64,000 nt of DNA, taken from a virus (lineage: Duplodnaviria > Caudoviricetes). The translations under genes and the position numbers were made by a program. The DNA is taken from positions 32,001 to 96,000 of IMG/VR virus record IMGVR_UViG_3300017585_000267; one strand, 5' to 3'. How positions within the stretch are numbered: the stretch's first letter is position 1; each line of letters opens with the position of its first letter. The notes below the pieces were generated by a model that was given only the letters and a program-made list of their open reading frames with translations, did not search any database and was not told the origin of the DNA. Below are positions 26,677 to 35,021 of this stretch, piece after piece.

Positions 26677-29088
26677 ATGGGATATGCAAACAAGGGCTTT
26701 CCTGCACAGCAGCTTCCCTTCAGGGAGAAGACCAAGAAGTGGAGGAAGGCCAACGTGGACTTCGCGGACTCGAGGAGCCTGCTGCACTACAACCTCACGA
26801 GGAAGTCCGTGTTCAACATGAAGATAAACTACGACCTCCTCAACGGCAAGCTGCACATGGAGGACCTGAAGCTGATGCTGAACCCCTACGGCACCGCCGC
26901 TTCCTACATACCCGACAACATACAGCACTATCCCGTGATGAACTCGAAGCTGCAAGTCCTCAGGGGCGAGGAGTCGAAGAGGGTGTTCGACTTCAGGGTG
27001 GTGGTGACCAACCCCAACGCCATCTCCGAGATTGAGGAGAACAAGAAGGAGGAGATGCTCGTGAGGCTCCGGCAGATGGTCGCGGACGACTCCGCTTCGG
27101 AGGATGAGTTCAACCGGAACCTCGAGAAGCTCGGGGACTACTTCACGTACGAATGGCAGGACATGAGGGAGGTGCGGGCGAACCAGCTCCTCAACCACTA
27201 CATCAGGGAGCTCGAGATCCCACAGCTGTTCAACGCCGGCTTCCTCGACGCCATGTGCGTCGGCGAGGAGGTCTACCAGTGCGACATAGTGGGGGGCGAG
27301 CCAGTGGTCGAGAGGCTCGACCCGATGAAGGTGAGGATACTGAGGTCGGGGTACTCGAACAGGATTGAGGACGCTGACATAATAATCATAGAGGACTACT
27401 GGTCGCCTGGACGGATAATAGACACATATTGGGACCAGCTCTCGAAGGAGGATCTCAGGAGCATCGAGGAGTCTCCCAATTTCCTTGGGGGTTCCTACAC
27501 CGACGACATGGGGAGCGTCGACCCGAGGTATGGCCTCGTGCACGGTGCCGTCCTTGGGGACACGGACGCGGAGCTCGACCCCCTGAGCCTCTTTGACGAT
27601 GACGTGGACTCCTCGCTTCTGCCATACGACCTTGAGGGGAACGTTCGCGTCCTGAAGGTCTACTGGAAGTCCCGCAGGAAGATAAAGAAGGTCAAGTCCT
27701 ACGACCCGGTGTCGGGGGAGGAGCAGTTCAACTTCTACCCCGAGACCTATGTGGCCGACGCAGACAAGGGCGAGGAGGAGGAGTCCTTCTGGATAAACGA
27801 GGCCTGGGAGGGCATCAAGATCGGCACCGACATCTACATCAGCATGAGGCCGAGGCCCGTACAGTACAACAGGCTCTCGAACCCCTCGCGCTGCCACTTC
27901 GGGATAGTGGGCTCCATCTACAACATAAACGGCGACAAGCCCTTCTCCCTCGTGGACATGATGAAGCCCTACGCCTACCTGTACGACGTGATACACGACA
28001 GGCTCAACAAGGTCCTCGCGAAGAACAAGGGGAAGATCCTGAGGCTGGACTTCGCGAAGGTTCCCAAGGGATGGGACGTCGACAAGTGGCTGTACTTCGT
28101 TGAGTCCAGCGGCATAGCCGTGGAGAACTCCTTCAAGGAGGGCGAGTATGGTGCGGCCACGGGCAAGATAGCCGGGGCCATGAACACGGCCTCCTCTGGG
28201 GTGATAGACGCGAGCCTGGGGACCGAGATAGTGCAGTACTGCAACCTCCTGGACTTCATAACCAACAAGATGGGCGACATGGCTGGCATCTCGAGGCAGA
28301 GGGAGGGGCAGATCTCGAACAGGGAGACGGTTGGCGGCGTCGAGAGGGCCACCTTGCAGAGCTCCCACATCACGGAATACCTGTTCTTCACCCATGAGTC
28401 CGTGAAGAAGAGGGTCCTCGAGTGCCTCCTCGAGACGGCCAAGATCGCCATGAAGGGCAAGGGCAAGCGCAAGTTCGAGTACATCACCACGGACGGGGCG
28501 GTGAAGCAGGCCGAGATTGAGGGGGACGAGTTCGCGGAGTGCGACTACGGCCTCGTGGTCGACAACGGCACCGCCACCCAGGAGCTCAACCAGAAGCTTG
28601 ACGTCCTCACGCAGGCCGCCGTCCAGAACCAGTATGACCTCTCGACCATCATCAAGCTGTACAACACCACCTCCGTCGCCGAGAGGGAGAGGATTCTCGA
28701 GAACGACGAGAAGAGGCGCAGGGAGGAGTCCCAGCAGCAGCAGCAGCAGCAGCTCCAGTTGCAGCAGCAGCAGCTACAGCAGCAGGCGCAGCTCGAGCAG
28801 GAGAGGCTTGACAGGGAGTACAAGATGCATCAGGAGAAGCTGGAGACCCAGGTGCTCGTGGCGAAGATCAACGCCCAGGCCGAGGCCGACAGGCTCGCGA
28901 TGATGAACATGGACAACCAGGTGACGTCTGACCAGCAGTACCAGCTCGAGAAAGACAAGCTGGCGCAGGACGTCAAGGAGTTCGACGCCAAGCTCAGGCA
29001 GGACGAGGCGTCCCTGGAGCTCAAGAAGAGGCAGCATGAGGACGACATGAGGATCAAGGAGAGGCAGCTGCGGCAGCAGGGCAAGTAG
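26677..29088 (+). CDS. portal protein
   Basis: 803 aa, crAss-type (P.QQLP...K...W, IQHYP, GISRQREGQI..RETVGGVER), Gln-rich coiled tail; promoter TATCTTTG at 26647-26654. Confidence 0.9.
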   Translation: MGYANKGFPAQQLPFREKTKKWRKANVDFADSRSLLHYNLTRKSVFNMKINYDLLNGKLHMEDLKLMLNPYGTAASYIPDNIQHYPVMNSKLQVLRGEESKRVFDFRVVVTNPNAISEIEENKKEEMLVRLRQMVADDSASEDEFNRNLEKLGDYFTYEWQDMREVRANQLLNHYIRELEIPQLFNAGFLDAMCVGEEVYQCDIVGGEPVVERLDPMKVRILRSGYSNRIEDADIIIIEDYWSPGRIIDTYWDQLSKEDLRSIEESPNFLGGSYTDDMGSVDPRYGLVHGAVLGDTDAELDPLSLFDDDVDSSLLPYDLEGNVRVLKVYWKSRRKIKKVKSYDPVSGEEQFNFYPETYVADADKGEEEESFWINEAWEGIKIGTDIYISMRPRPVQYNRLSNPSRCHFGIVGSIYNINGDKPFSLVDMMKPYAYLYDVIHDRLNKVLAKNKGKILRLDFAKVPKGWDVDKWLYFVESSGIAVENSFKEGEYGAATGKIAGAMNTASSGVIDASLGTEIVQYCNLLDFITNKMGDMAGISRQREGQISNRETVGGVERATLQSSHITEYLFFTHESVKKRVLECLLETAKIAMKGKGKRKFEYITTDGAVKQAEIEGDEFAECDYGLVVDNGTATQELNQKLDVLTQAAVQNQYDLSTIIKLYNTTSVAERERILENDEKRRREESQQQQQQQLQLQQQQLQQQAQLEQERLDREYKMHQEKLETQVLVAKINAQAEADRLAMMNMDNQVTSDQQYQLEKDKLAQDVKEFDAKLRQDEASLELKKRQHEDDMRIKERQLRQQGK

Positions 29089-29106
29089 CCTTTTGGGATT
29101 ACGGTT

Positions 29107-29135
29107 AAGGGGGCTCATAGAGTCCCCTTTCTTTT
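29107..29135 (+). terminator. terminator after portal
   Basis: GGGGGCTC-ATA-GAGTCCCC followed by TTTCTTTT. Confidence 0.7.
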
Positions 29136-29162
29136 GTCCCCACCGGTCCTTTCCAGCAGTCC

Positions 29163-29777
29163 CTAGTCGATTATCTTGACGTACCTGTTCATGGTGTCCC
29201 TTATGTAGGGGTTCCCTTCCTTCACGTCGACCCTTACGACCGTGCGCTTCCTTTGGAACCACCTTGCCATGAAGCACTTCCTCGGCTTCCCGATTGGTTC
29301 CTTTGAGTTGGACACCAATATGTACTTCTGGCTGGTGAACTCGGGCTCGGCGGCTATCACGTTAGGGTACTCAAGGTGCAGCCTCATCCTGTACCACTGG
29401 TCCCCATACAGTGTGTCAAGCTGGAAGTGCCTGTCCCTGAAGATGGTGTCCCTCACCGTGATGGTGTCCGTCCTCCTGGCTACCGACGCGAGATACTGTA
29501 GGGACTGGATCTCCTTGTCCTTTATCCCCAGCTCTTTCCGTATGGAATCCATCTTGTGCATGATGGAGTCCTTGAAGTACTCGAGCTGCCCCACCTTCAG
29601 GGACAGCGCCCTGTTCGAAAGCTCCATGCCGTTGTACTGGTCGTCCATGGCCTCGAGGTTCTCCACCGCCCTTCCGTACCTTTCCCCCAGCTTCTTTGAG
29701 TGGCCTATGGAAAGGCACAGTCCCATGGTGAGGAGGACTATCGCCGCCACGGCTCCTATTATCAGCTTCTTCTTCAT
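29163..29777 (-). CDS. putative spanin-like lysis protein
   Basis: N-terminal TM, coiled coil and DTI..RDTIF repeats; next to lysis candidates. Confidence 0.5.
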   Translation of the reverse strand: MKKKLIIGAVAAIVLLTMGLCLSIGHSKKLGERYGRAVENLEAMDDQYNGMELSNRALSLKVGQLEYFKDSIMHKMDSIRKELGIKDKEIQSLQYLASVARRTDTITVRDTIFRDRHFQLDTLYGDQWYRMRLHLEYPNVIAAEPEFTSQKYILVSNSKEPIGKPRKCFMARWFQRKRTVVRVDVKEGNPYIRDTMNRYVKIID

Positions 29778-29921
29778 CTTGTCATGTTTTTCGCAAAGGT
29801 AGCGATTCCTGCGGGTCGTTGTCCTTAGGGATGCCTTTAGGTTTGTGCAGCCCTCGAGTTATCGGCCAAACACTTGGGGAGAATCAGTTATCTTTGCATG
29901 GAAATATAAAGTCTGGCAAGA

Positions 29922-30287
29922 ATGCTCACTGAAGTCGCCATAGCCCTTATAGGCATACTATCAAGCGTGATATCCAGCTTCGTCACGTTCCATGTGACCA
30001 AGCGGAAGTACAACGCCGAAGTGGATTCCAACCTTATCCAGAACATGCAGGACTCGTTGCAGTTCTACGATGAACTGACCAAATCAAACACGCAGAAGCT
30101 CAGGGAGATCGAGGAGGAGAACCGACTGCTCAGGCAGCAGGTGAGCGAGTTGCAGACACAGGTGGTGAAGCTCATGGGCAATATATGCTACGACGCCACT
30201 TGCAGGGCCAGGAAACTTCAGGAAGAGGTCGACAAAAAGGACAAGGGACATGAACCTTCTGTTGAAGCGCAGGGCAAGAAAGCCTAA
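29922..30287 (+). CDS. holin-like TM plus coiled-coil protein
   Basis: Single N-terminal TM and coiled coil; overlaps the next gene. Confidence 0.5.
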   Translation: MLTEVAIALIGILSSVISSFVTFHVTKRKYNAEVDSNLIQNMQDSLQFYDELTKSNTQKLREIEEENRLLRQQVSELQTQVVKLMGNICYDATCRARKLQEEVDKKDKGHEPSVEAQGKKA

Positions 30288-30681
30288 GTACACCATAGGC
30301 AGCCTCTACATCGACGGCAGCTATTTCTGTGACACCCTTGAGGACGCGGACAGGGGGCTCAGGCACTCGATGTCCGATGCGGAGATAAAGTCCGTCAAGG
30401 TAGCCGGGGAGACCGCAATCCCGACGGGGAAGTACAAGGTGCTCTGGACCTACTCCCCAAGGTTCAAGAAGATGATGCCCCTCGTAAACGGGGTGCCTGG
30501 GTTCTCGGGAATAAGGATACACTCCGGGAATACCAATAGTGATACGGACGGGTGCATCCTGTTGGGGCAGAACAAGGTAGTGGGCAAGGTAGTGAACTCG
30601 GTGGCCACCATAGACAAGTTCTATCCCATCATAGAGAAGGCCTCGAAGAAGGGTGAGTCCATCTACCTGGAAATAAAGTGA
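30250..30681 (+). CDS. DUF5675-family putative endolysin/peptidase
   Basis: YTIGSLY, CDTLED, TAIPTG, GIRIHSGN..DTDGCILLG motifs. Confidence 0.75.
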   Translation: MNLLLKRRARKPKYTIGSLYIDGSYFCDTLEDADRGLRHSMSDAEIKSVKVAGETAIPTGKYKVLWTYSPRFKKMMPLVNGVPGFSGIRIHSGNTNSDTDGCILLGQNKVVGKVVNSVATIDKFYPIIEKASKKGESIYLEIK

Positions 30682-31038
30682 TTACGCTTGTGGCATTGCC
30701 ACGAGTTTTTCTCAATGTTTTGTGATGTGTCATAAGTAATGTTCAATTAGGGTATAGGGAGGCGGCTGCGAAGTCCCCTCCCTATTTTTGTCTTTCGAAG
30801 CCCAAGGTTCTCCCTTTCCAACGACCTGACAAGAATTATTTGTTTATTTAAGAATTTTATATAACTTTGTGGCGTGCTTGTGAAAGTACGATTACAGGAT
30901 TAGCAGTACACCTTTTTAAGAAGGGAGGCTCGGGAAAATTTGTCGAAGATCGGATTGTCTTTACGAGTACTTGAATGATTTTGATTAGTCAGCATACCTT
31001 GGCCTCCCTGTTTTTTATGGACTTTAAGGATTTGAGAT

Positions 31039-31251
31039 ATGTCAACAAGGGACGAGCAGAAGTGGCAGGCCGAGAGTGACGCGAGGGTCATGGCCACCTA
31101 TCAGGAAATCCTGGGCGACAAGGCCAGGATGAACAGGGCCGTGAAGGAGGCCAAGCAGCAGGCGTCCGACCTCGCAAAGAGGGCGGTCGCCATGTCGAGG
31201 GCCGCCGGGGGTCCGTCAAAGACGTCCCGTACAACCTCGAAGAAGAAGTGA
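31039..31251 (+). CDS. small basic protein
   Basis: WQAESDAR...YQEI, 70 aa. Confidence 0.7.
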   Translation: MSTRDEQKWQAESDARVMATYQEILGDKARMNRAVKEAKQQASDLAKRAVAMSRAAGGPSKTSRTTSKKK

Positions 31252-31252
31252 C

Positions 31253-31399
31253 ATGGAGAAGGCGAGGACACTTACGGCGCTCATCTCCACGACGCTCAGC
31301 GGCCTTGTGAGGCTCGCGAATGAGAAGGGGATACAGAAGGAGGACATCGTGACCGTGATAAGCGGCCAGGAGCAGTATACCTTGCTATACTATGTTTAA
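31253..31399 (+). CDS. small hypothetical protein
   Basis: MEKARTL...ANEKGIQKEDIV...YTLLYYV (manual translation). Confidence 0.55.
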   Translation: MEKARTLTALISTTLSGLVRLANEKGIQKEDIVTVISGQEQYTLLYYV

Positions 31400-31414
31400 G
31401 GCACAGGGCTTCGC

Positions 31415-31627
31415 ATGGACGACAAGAAGACCATAGACTACAACGAGGAGCCAGTCCTGTACTGCGCCAGGTGCTACTCACTCAACATCAGGGACGTGGA
31501 TGGGGTTCCCGATTCAGACTACTGCAAGGATTGCAGCTGCACCGACATCAGGGAGACCTCCATATTCTCCTGGGAGAGGATGTACCAGATGAGGTACGGC
31601 CACAAGCTTGTGGAAAGAAGAAAATGA
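31415..31627 (+). CDS. Zn-ribbon protein
   Basis: YNEEPVLYCARC...YCKDC. Confidence 0.75.
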   Translation: MDDKKTIDYNEEPVLYCARCYSLNIRDVDGVPDSDYCKDCSCTDIRETSIFSWERMYQMRYGHKLVERRK

Positions 31628-31657
31628 CCAACATAACAACAACTTAATTCAAAAGCA

Positions 31658-32017
31658 ATGGAAGAGATGAATAAAAACAACGTTCAGGCCGAGCCTGATG
31701 CAAGCGGCAAGAAGCCCACGAAGCTCTACACCGAGGCCGAGGTCAACCAGGCATGCCAGCGGCTCTATCAGAGGCTCCTGGCCCAGATGCAGCGCATGGA
31801 CATGACGAACACCTTCAAGAGACTGGACTACCTGTTCCAGATACTCGACCACAAGGACATGTTCGAGCCCGAGTTCATCGCCGAGTGCGTGTCAGAGCTC
31901 ACCTCCGCCATGAAGGCCGAGGACGAACCCGAGGCTCCCAAGGAAGGCGAGACGGAGGCTTCTGAGGCTGGAGAGGCGGACAATGGAGAGACCCCGAAGT
32001 CCGCTGGGGAGGAATAG
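31658..32017 (+). CDS. conserved hypothetical protein
   Basis: FKRLDYLF motif, acidic tail. Confidence 0.75.
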   Translation: MEEMNKNNVQAEPDASGKKPTKLYTEAEVNQACQRLYQRLLAQMQRMDMTNTFKRLDYLFQILDHKDMFEPEFIAECVSELTSAMKAEDEPEAPKEGETEASEAGEADNGETPKSAGEE

Positions 32018-32019
32018 CG

Positions 32020-32433
32020 ATGGGAAGTCCAGCTCAGGCTTCCCAAGGGAAGTTCCGTAAACCCAACAACATGGTTGAGGTTCCCACTAGGCTGGATACA
32101 GACTTCTTCAAGTGGTGGTGCATATTCCTCAGGCCCTTCATAAACCTCACCAACAGGGAGATTGACGTGGTGGCCTCCTTCCTCAAGCAACGGTACGAGC
32201 TCTCAAGAAGCATCTCGGATGAGGCCATCCTCGACTCCGTGGTGATGGGCGAGGACGCCAAGAAGAGGGTCATCGAGGATTGTGGCATAACGTTGCAGCA
32301 CTTCTACGTGGTGATGAGCAACCTCAGGAAACGCAAGGTCATCGTCAATGACGTCCTCAACCCGAGGCTCATCCCAAACATCAGGAAGGACGACAACGGA
32401 AAGTTTCAATTGCTCATAGTGTTTGGGGAATGA
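32020..32433 (+). CDS. putative winged-helix protein
   Basis: LTNREIDV...HFYVVMSNLRKRKVI...LNPRLIP. Confidence 0.65.
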   Translation: MGSPAQASQGKFRKPNNMVEVPTRLDTDFFKWWCIFLRPFINLTNREIDVVASFLKQRYELSRSISDEAILDSVVMGEDAKKRVIEDCGITLQHFYVVMSNLRKRKVIVNDVLNPRLIPNIRKDDNGKFQLLIVFGE

Positions 32434-32732
32434 CTTACGAGGAGATATTCGAGCAGGTCGCGGGGAAGCTCGGCTTGCCTGTCAAGGTTGTGGAGAGGGC
32501 ATACAAGGCCTACTGGAGGGTTGTCAAGGATTATATAGCCTCCCAACCGCTCAAGGAGGACCTGACCGACGAGGAGTTCCTTGCACTGCGACCGCATGTC
32601 AACATACCCAAGTTGGGGAAGTTCTGTGTCACGCTTGACAGGTACAGGAGAGTCAAGAAGTACCATGAGATAGTTGAAATGAAAATAAAGAAAAGACAGG
32701 AGAAACAAGATGCTTCACATCAGGAAGGTTAA
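32430..32732 (+). CDS. HU/IHF-like DNA-binding protein
   Basis: VAGKLGLP..VVE...VNIPKLGKF. Confidence 0.6.
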   Translation: MTYEEIFEQVAGKLGLPVKVVERAYKAYWRVVKDYIASQPLKEDLTDEEFLALRPHVNIPKLGKFCVTLDRYRRVKKYHEIVEMKIKKRQEKQDASHQEG

Positions 32733-33123
32733 GCCCCTGTTCACGTCAGTCATAATCACTGGGGACAGGTTTGAGGACGACTGGATCGAGAACGGCCTTA
32801 TAGTGGCCAAAAAGGGGGACATAAAGGTTTGGCAGAAGGTGCTGTTCGTGGGCGATTCCGTAAGGAACCTACAGCCGGGCGACATGGTCATGGTGAACTT
32901 CGAGAACTACGCCAAGAGGCGTTACGACAAGAACTCCATACAGAACGACCTGGACAACAACCCCATAAAGAGCTATGACATCCATTGGCTCACCATCGAC
33001 GACGACGAGGGGAATCCGATGGAGTGCATAAAGATAAATGACAGGGACGTTGAGTATGCCTTTGAGGGGGAGGAGAGGCCCGAGCCTCAAATCGTGGCCC
33101 CGCAAAGCCAGCTCATCGTCTAG
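32710..33123 (+). CDS. GroES-like co-chaperonin
   Basis: VKPLF...VLFVGDSVRNLQPGDMV...NDRDV. Confidence 0.6.
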   Translation: MLHIRKVKPLFTSVIITGDRFEDDWIENGLIVAKKGDIKVWQKVLFVGDSVRNLQPGDMVMVNFENYAKRRYDKNSIQNDLDNNPIKSYDIHWLTIDDDEGNPMECIKINDRDVEYAFEGEERPEPQIVAPQSQLIV

Positions 33124-33253
33124 TCATTTATGCGACCCGATTTTATAGGCTAGGCACGTAGGGGGAGGGCGGCTGTGAAGCCCCTCTCCCCCATTTGTTA
33201 AGAAAATCGCTTAGGACGTTCGGACAAGGGGAAACATTTGGTAATTTTGCGCT

Positions 33254-33802
33254 ATGCGACTGATATCAGTTGAAAACTATGAGCTTAAGGTGGCCGACGA
33301 GGCCTTGCTGGTAAAGCCGATAAGGAGGCTGTTCAACATGGACAGGACCCTGAAGAAGGAGAAATTCTACCAGCAGATGAGCGTGCTGTTCTTTTGCTAT
33401 GACCCGAGGAGCAACTACTCCTACATAGTGGACGAGAATGACAGGCTGAAGGAGGTCCTCGCCCAGGAGGGAATCCGGGACTTCCGCATGACGGCGGAGT
33501 TCAAGGCCGCCGTGGCGGCGTACAGGAAGCTGTGCGTCACCTCGTCCTCGGTGCTCCTTGAATCCACCAAGGTCGCCATAGACAAGGTGAGCAGGTTCCT
33601 TCGGGAGGTCGACCTCAACGCCCTTGACGACCGTGGCAAGCCCATATATACAATCAACAACATAACCGCCGCGATAAAGCAGATACCCGAGCTCTCGCAG
33701 AAGCTGGCTGACGCCGAGAAGGCCCTCGCGAAGGAGATGGAGGAAGGGGGGAAGGCCCGTGGGAGCCAGGAGCTGACAATCTTTGACAACAACATGGACT
33801 AA
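33254..33802 (+). CDS. conserved crAss-like protein upstream of TerL (possible small terminase)
   Basis: 182-aa helical protein; role inferred from position only. Confidence 0.55.
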   Translation: MRLISVENYELKVADEALLVKPIRRLFNMDRTLKKEKFYQQMSVLFFCYDPRSNYSYIVDENDRLKEVLAQEGIRDFRMTAEFKAAVAAYRKLCVTSSSVLLESTKVAIDKVSRFLREVDLNALDDRGKPIYTINNITAAIKQIPELSQKLADAEKALAKEMEEGGKARGSQELTIFDNNMD

Positions 33803-33805
33803 GGT

Positions 33806-33991
33806 ATGGTACATTGGAAGATCACTGACAAGGACAAGGCCGACAAGCTTGGCGTAGGCATCATATGCGCACGAAATGGCGCGTCGTTCCTCAAGCTCAA
33901 CCTCGACAAGGTTCCCAAGGGAATGACTGCCGACCAGTACTATGACTGCATAATAAACGAGGGGGTAGCGGATTGCCATGACGTGGGATGA
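33806..33991 (+). CDS. small hypothetical protein
   Basis: 61-aa ORF packed between neighbouring genes. Confidence 0.55.
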   Translation: MVHWKITDKDKADKLGVGIICARNGASFLKLNLDKVPKGMTADQYYDCIINEGVADCHDVG

Positions 33992-35000
33992 CTTGGGAAT
34001 GAAGGGCAAGGCCGCCTTCATGGGGGTGGCCATAATGCACGGCCTCACCGACCTGGGGGACATAAGGCAGGCATACAATGCGTATGCCCAGGAGGCTCCC
34101 CAGGCTCCTGTGGGTGCCACGGGAGGGGCAAACCTCTATCAAGACGGCGGAGACAAGTACGACTTCGGCAGCTACTTCAGGAAGCTACAGGCTGAGAGGG
34201 CTGAAAGGGAGGCCCAGGAGCGGGCGGCTGAGGAGGACTTCCTCAATAGGTACTCAATGGCTACGGGAAATCCCGTGGAGGCTATTTCAAAAGATCTCGT
34301 CCCATTCTACCGGGAAAGTCCCAAGGACGCGGAGCAAGTCCTTCAGAACATTATAGACAAGAGGCGTGCGGCAGGCATCCCCGTGAGGATACGCAACAAC
34401 ACCTCAAGGACGGCTGAGCAGTCACAGCACTTGGAAAACGTGTTCGCACAAAGGATTGCCGAGAATCACAATGGCACTGTCGGCTATGCGATTCCCTGGG
34501 GGGACGAGGTGATAAAGGTCGACAACCTTGGTACATCCATCCCCACGAACGCGCTGGATTCCCTCGCGAAGTATGCGGGCATGGCGGGCATCCCTCTCAA
34601 GGAGGCCGTAGGGCTTGCCTTTCAGGAGACGAGGTTCGGGAGGGTTCCATACGGCAACATCGGGGACAAGGGCGTCAACGCCACGGAGCTGATGAACGCG
34701 AACTACTTCAAGAACTTCGGGAGCATCCCGGCTGAGTCCATCGTGAGGGACTTCGCCTACAACAATACCGACCGCTCGCTCCCTCCCCTGTTCCATGCGT
34801 TCACGTACTACAACGCCGGAAAGTACAACAGGGGTGAGGGCAAGACGCCTTCGGGCGAATGGAGGCATACTGCGGAGACGCAGGCCGCAGGAGACAAGGC
34901 CTTCGCGATCCCCGGAATCCAGCAATGGGGGGACACCGAGGGGAAGCGGTGGTACGCCATTGGGATGGAATTGGCGAAGAAGGCCGGCAGAAAGAAGTAA
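33978..35000 (+). CDS. hypothetical virion-associated protein (possible lysozyme-like C-terminal domain)
   Basis: WDDL.M..KA N-terminus, YQDGG motif, LAFQETRFG...YYNAG. Confidence 0.55.
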   Translation: MTWDDLGMKGKAAFMGVAIMHGLTDLGDIRQAYNAYAQEAPQAPVGATGGANLYQDGGDKYDFGSYFRKLQAERAEREAQERAAEEDFLNRYSMATGNPVEAISKDLVPFYRESPKDAEQVLQNIIDKRRAAGIPVRIRNNTSRTAEQSQHLENVFAQRIAENHNGTVGYAIPWGDEVIKVDNLGTSIPTNALDSLAKYAGMAGIPLKEAVGLAFQETRFGRVPYGNIGDKGVNATELMNANYFKNFGSIPAESIVRDFAYNNTDRSLPPLFHAFTYYNAGKYNRGEGKTPSGEWRHTAETQAAGDKAFAIPGIQQWGDTEGKRWYAIGMELAKKAGRKK

Positions 35001-35021
35001 GGAAGCTTTTGGAAGAGTAGA

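Noticed and set aside
26575-28395. 689-aa antisense ORF over the portal gene
   Set aside because: Shadow frame caused by GC-biased third positions; only the non-overlapping last 82 codons are plausible
28732-28800. (CAG)n tract in the portal gene
   Set aside because: In-frame poly-Gln within the coiled-coil tail; ordinary low complexity
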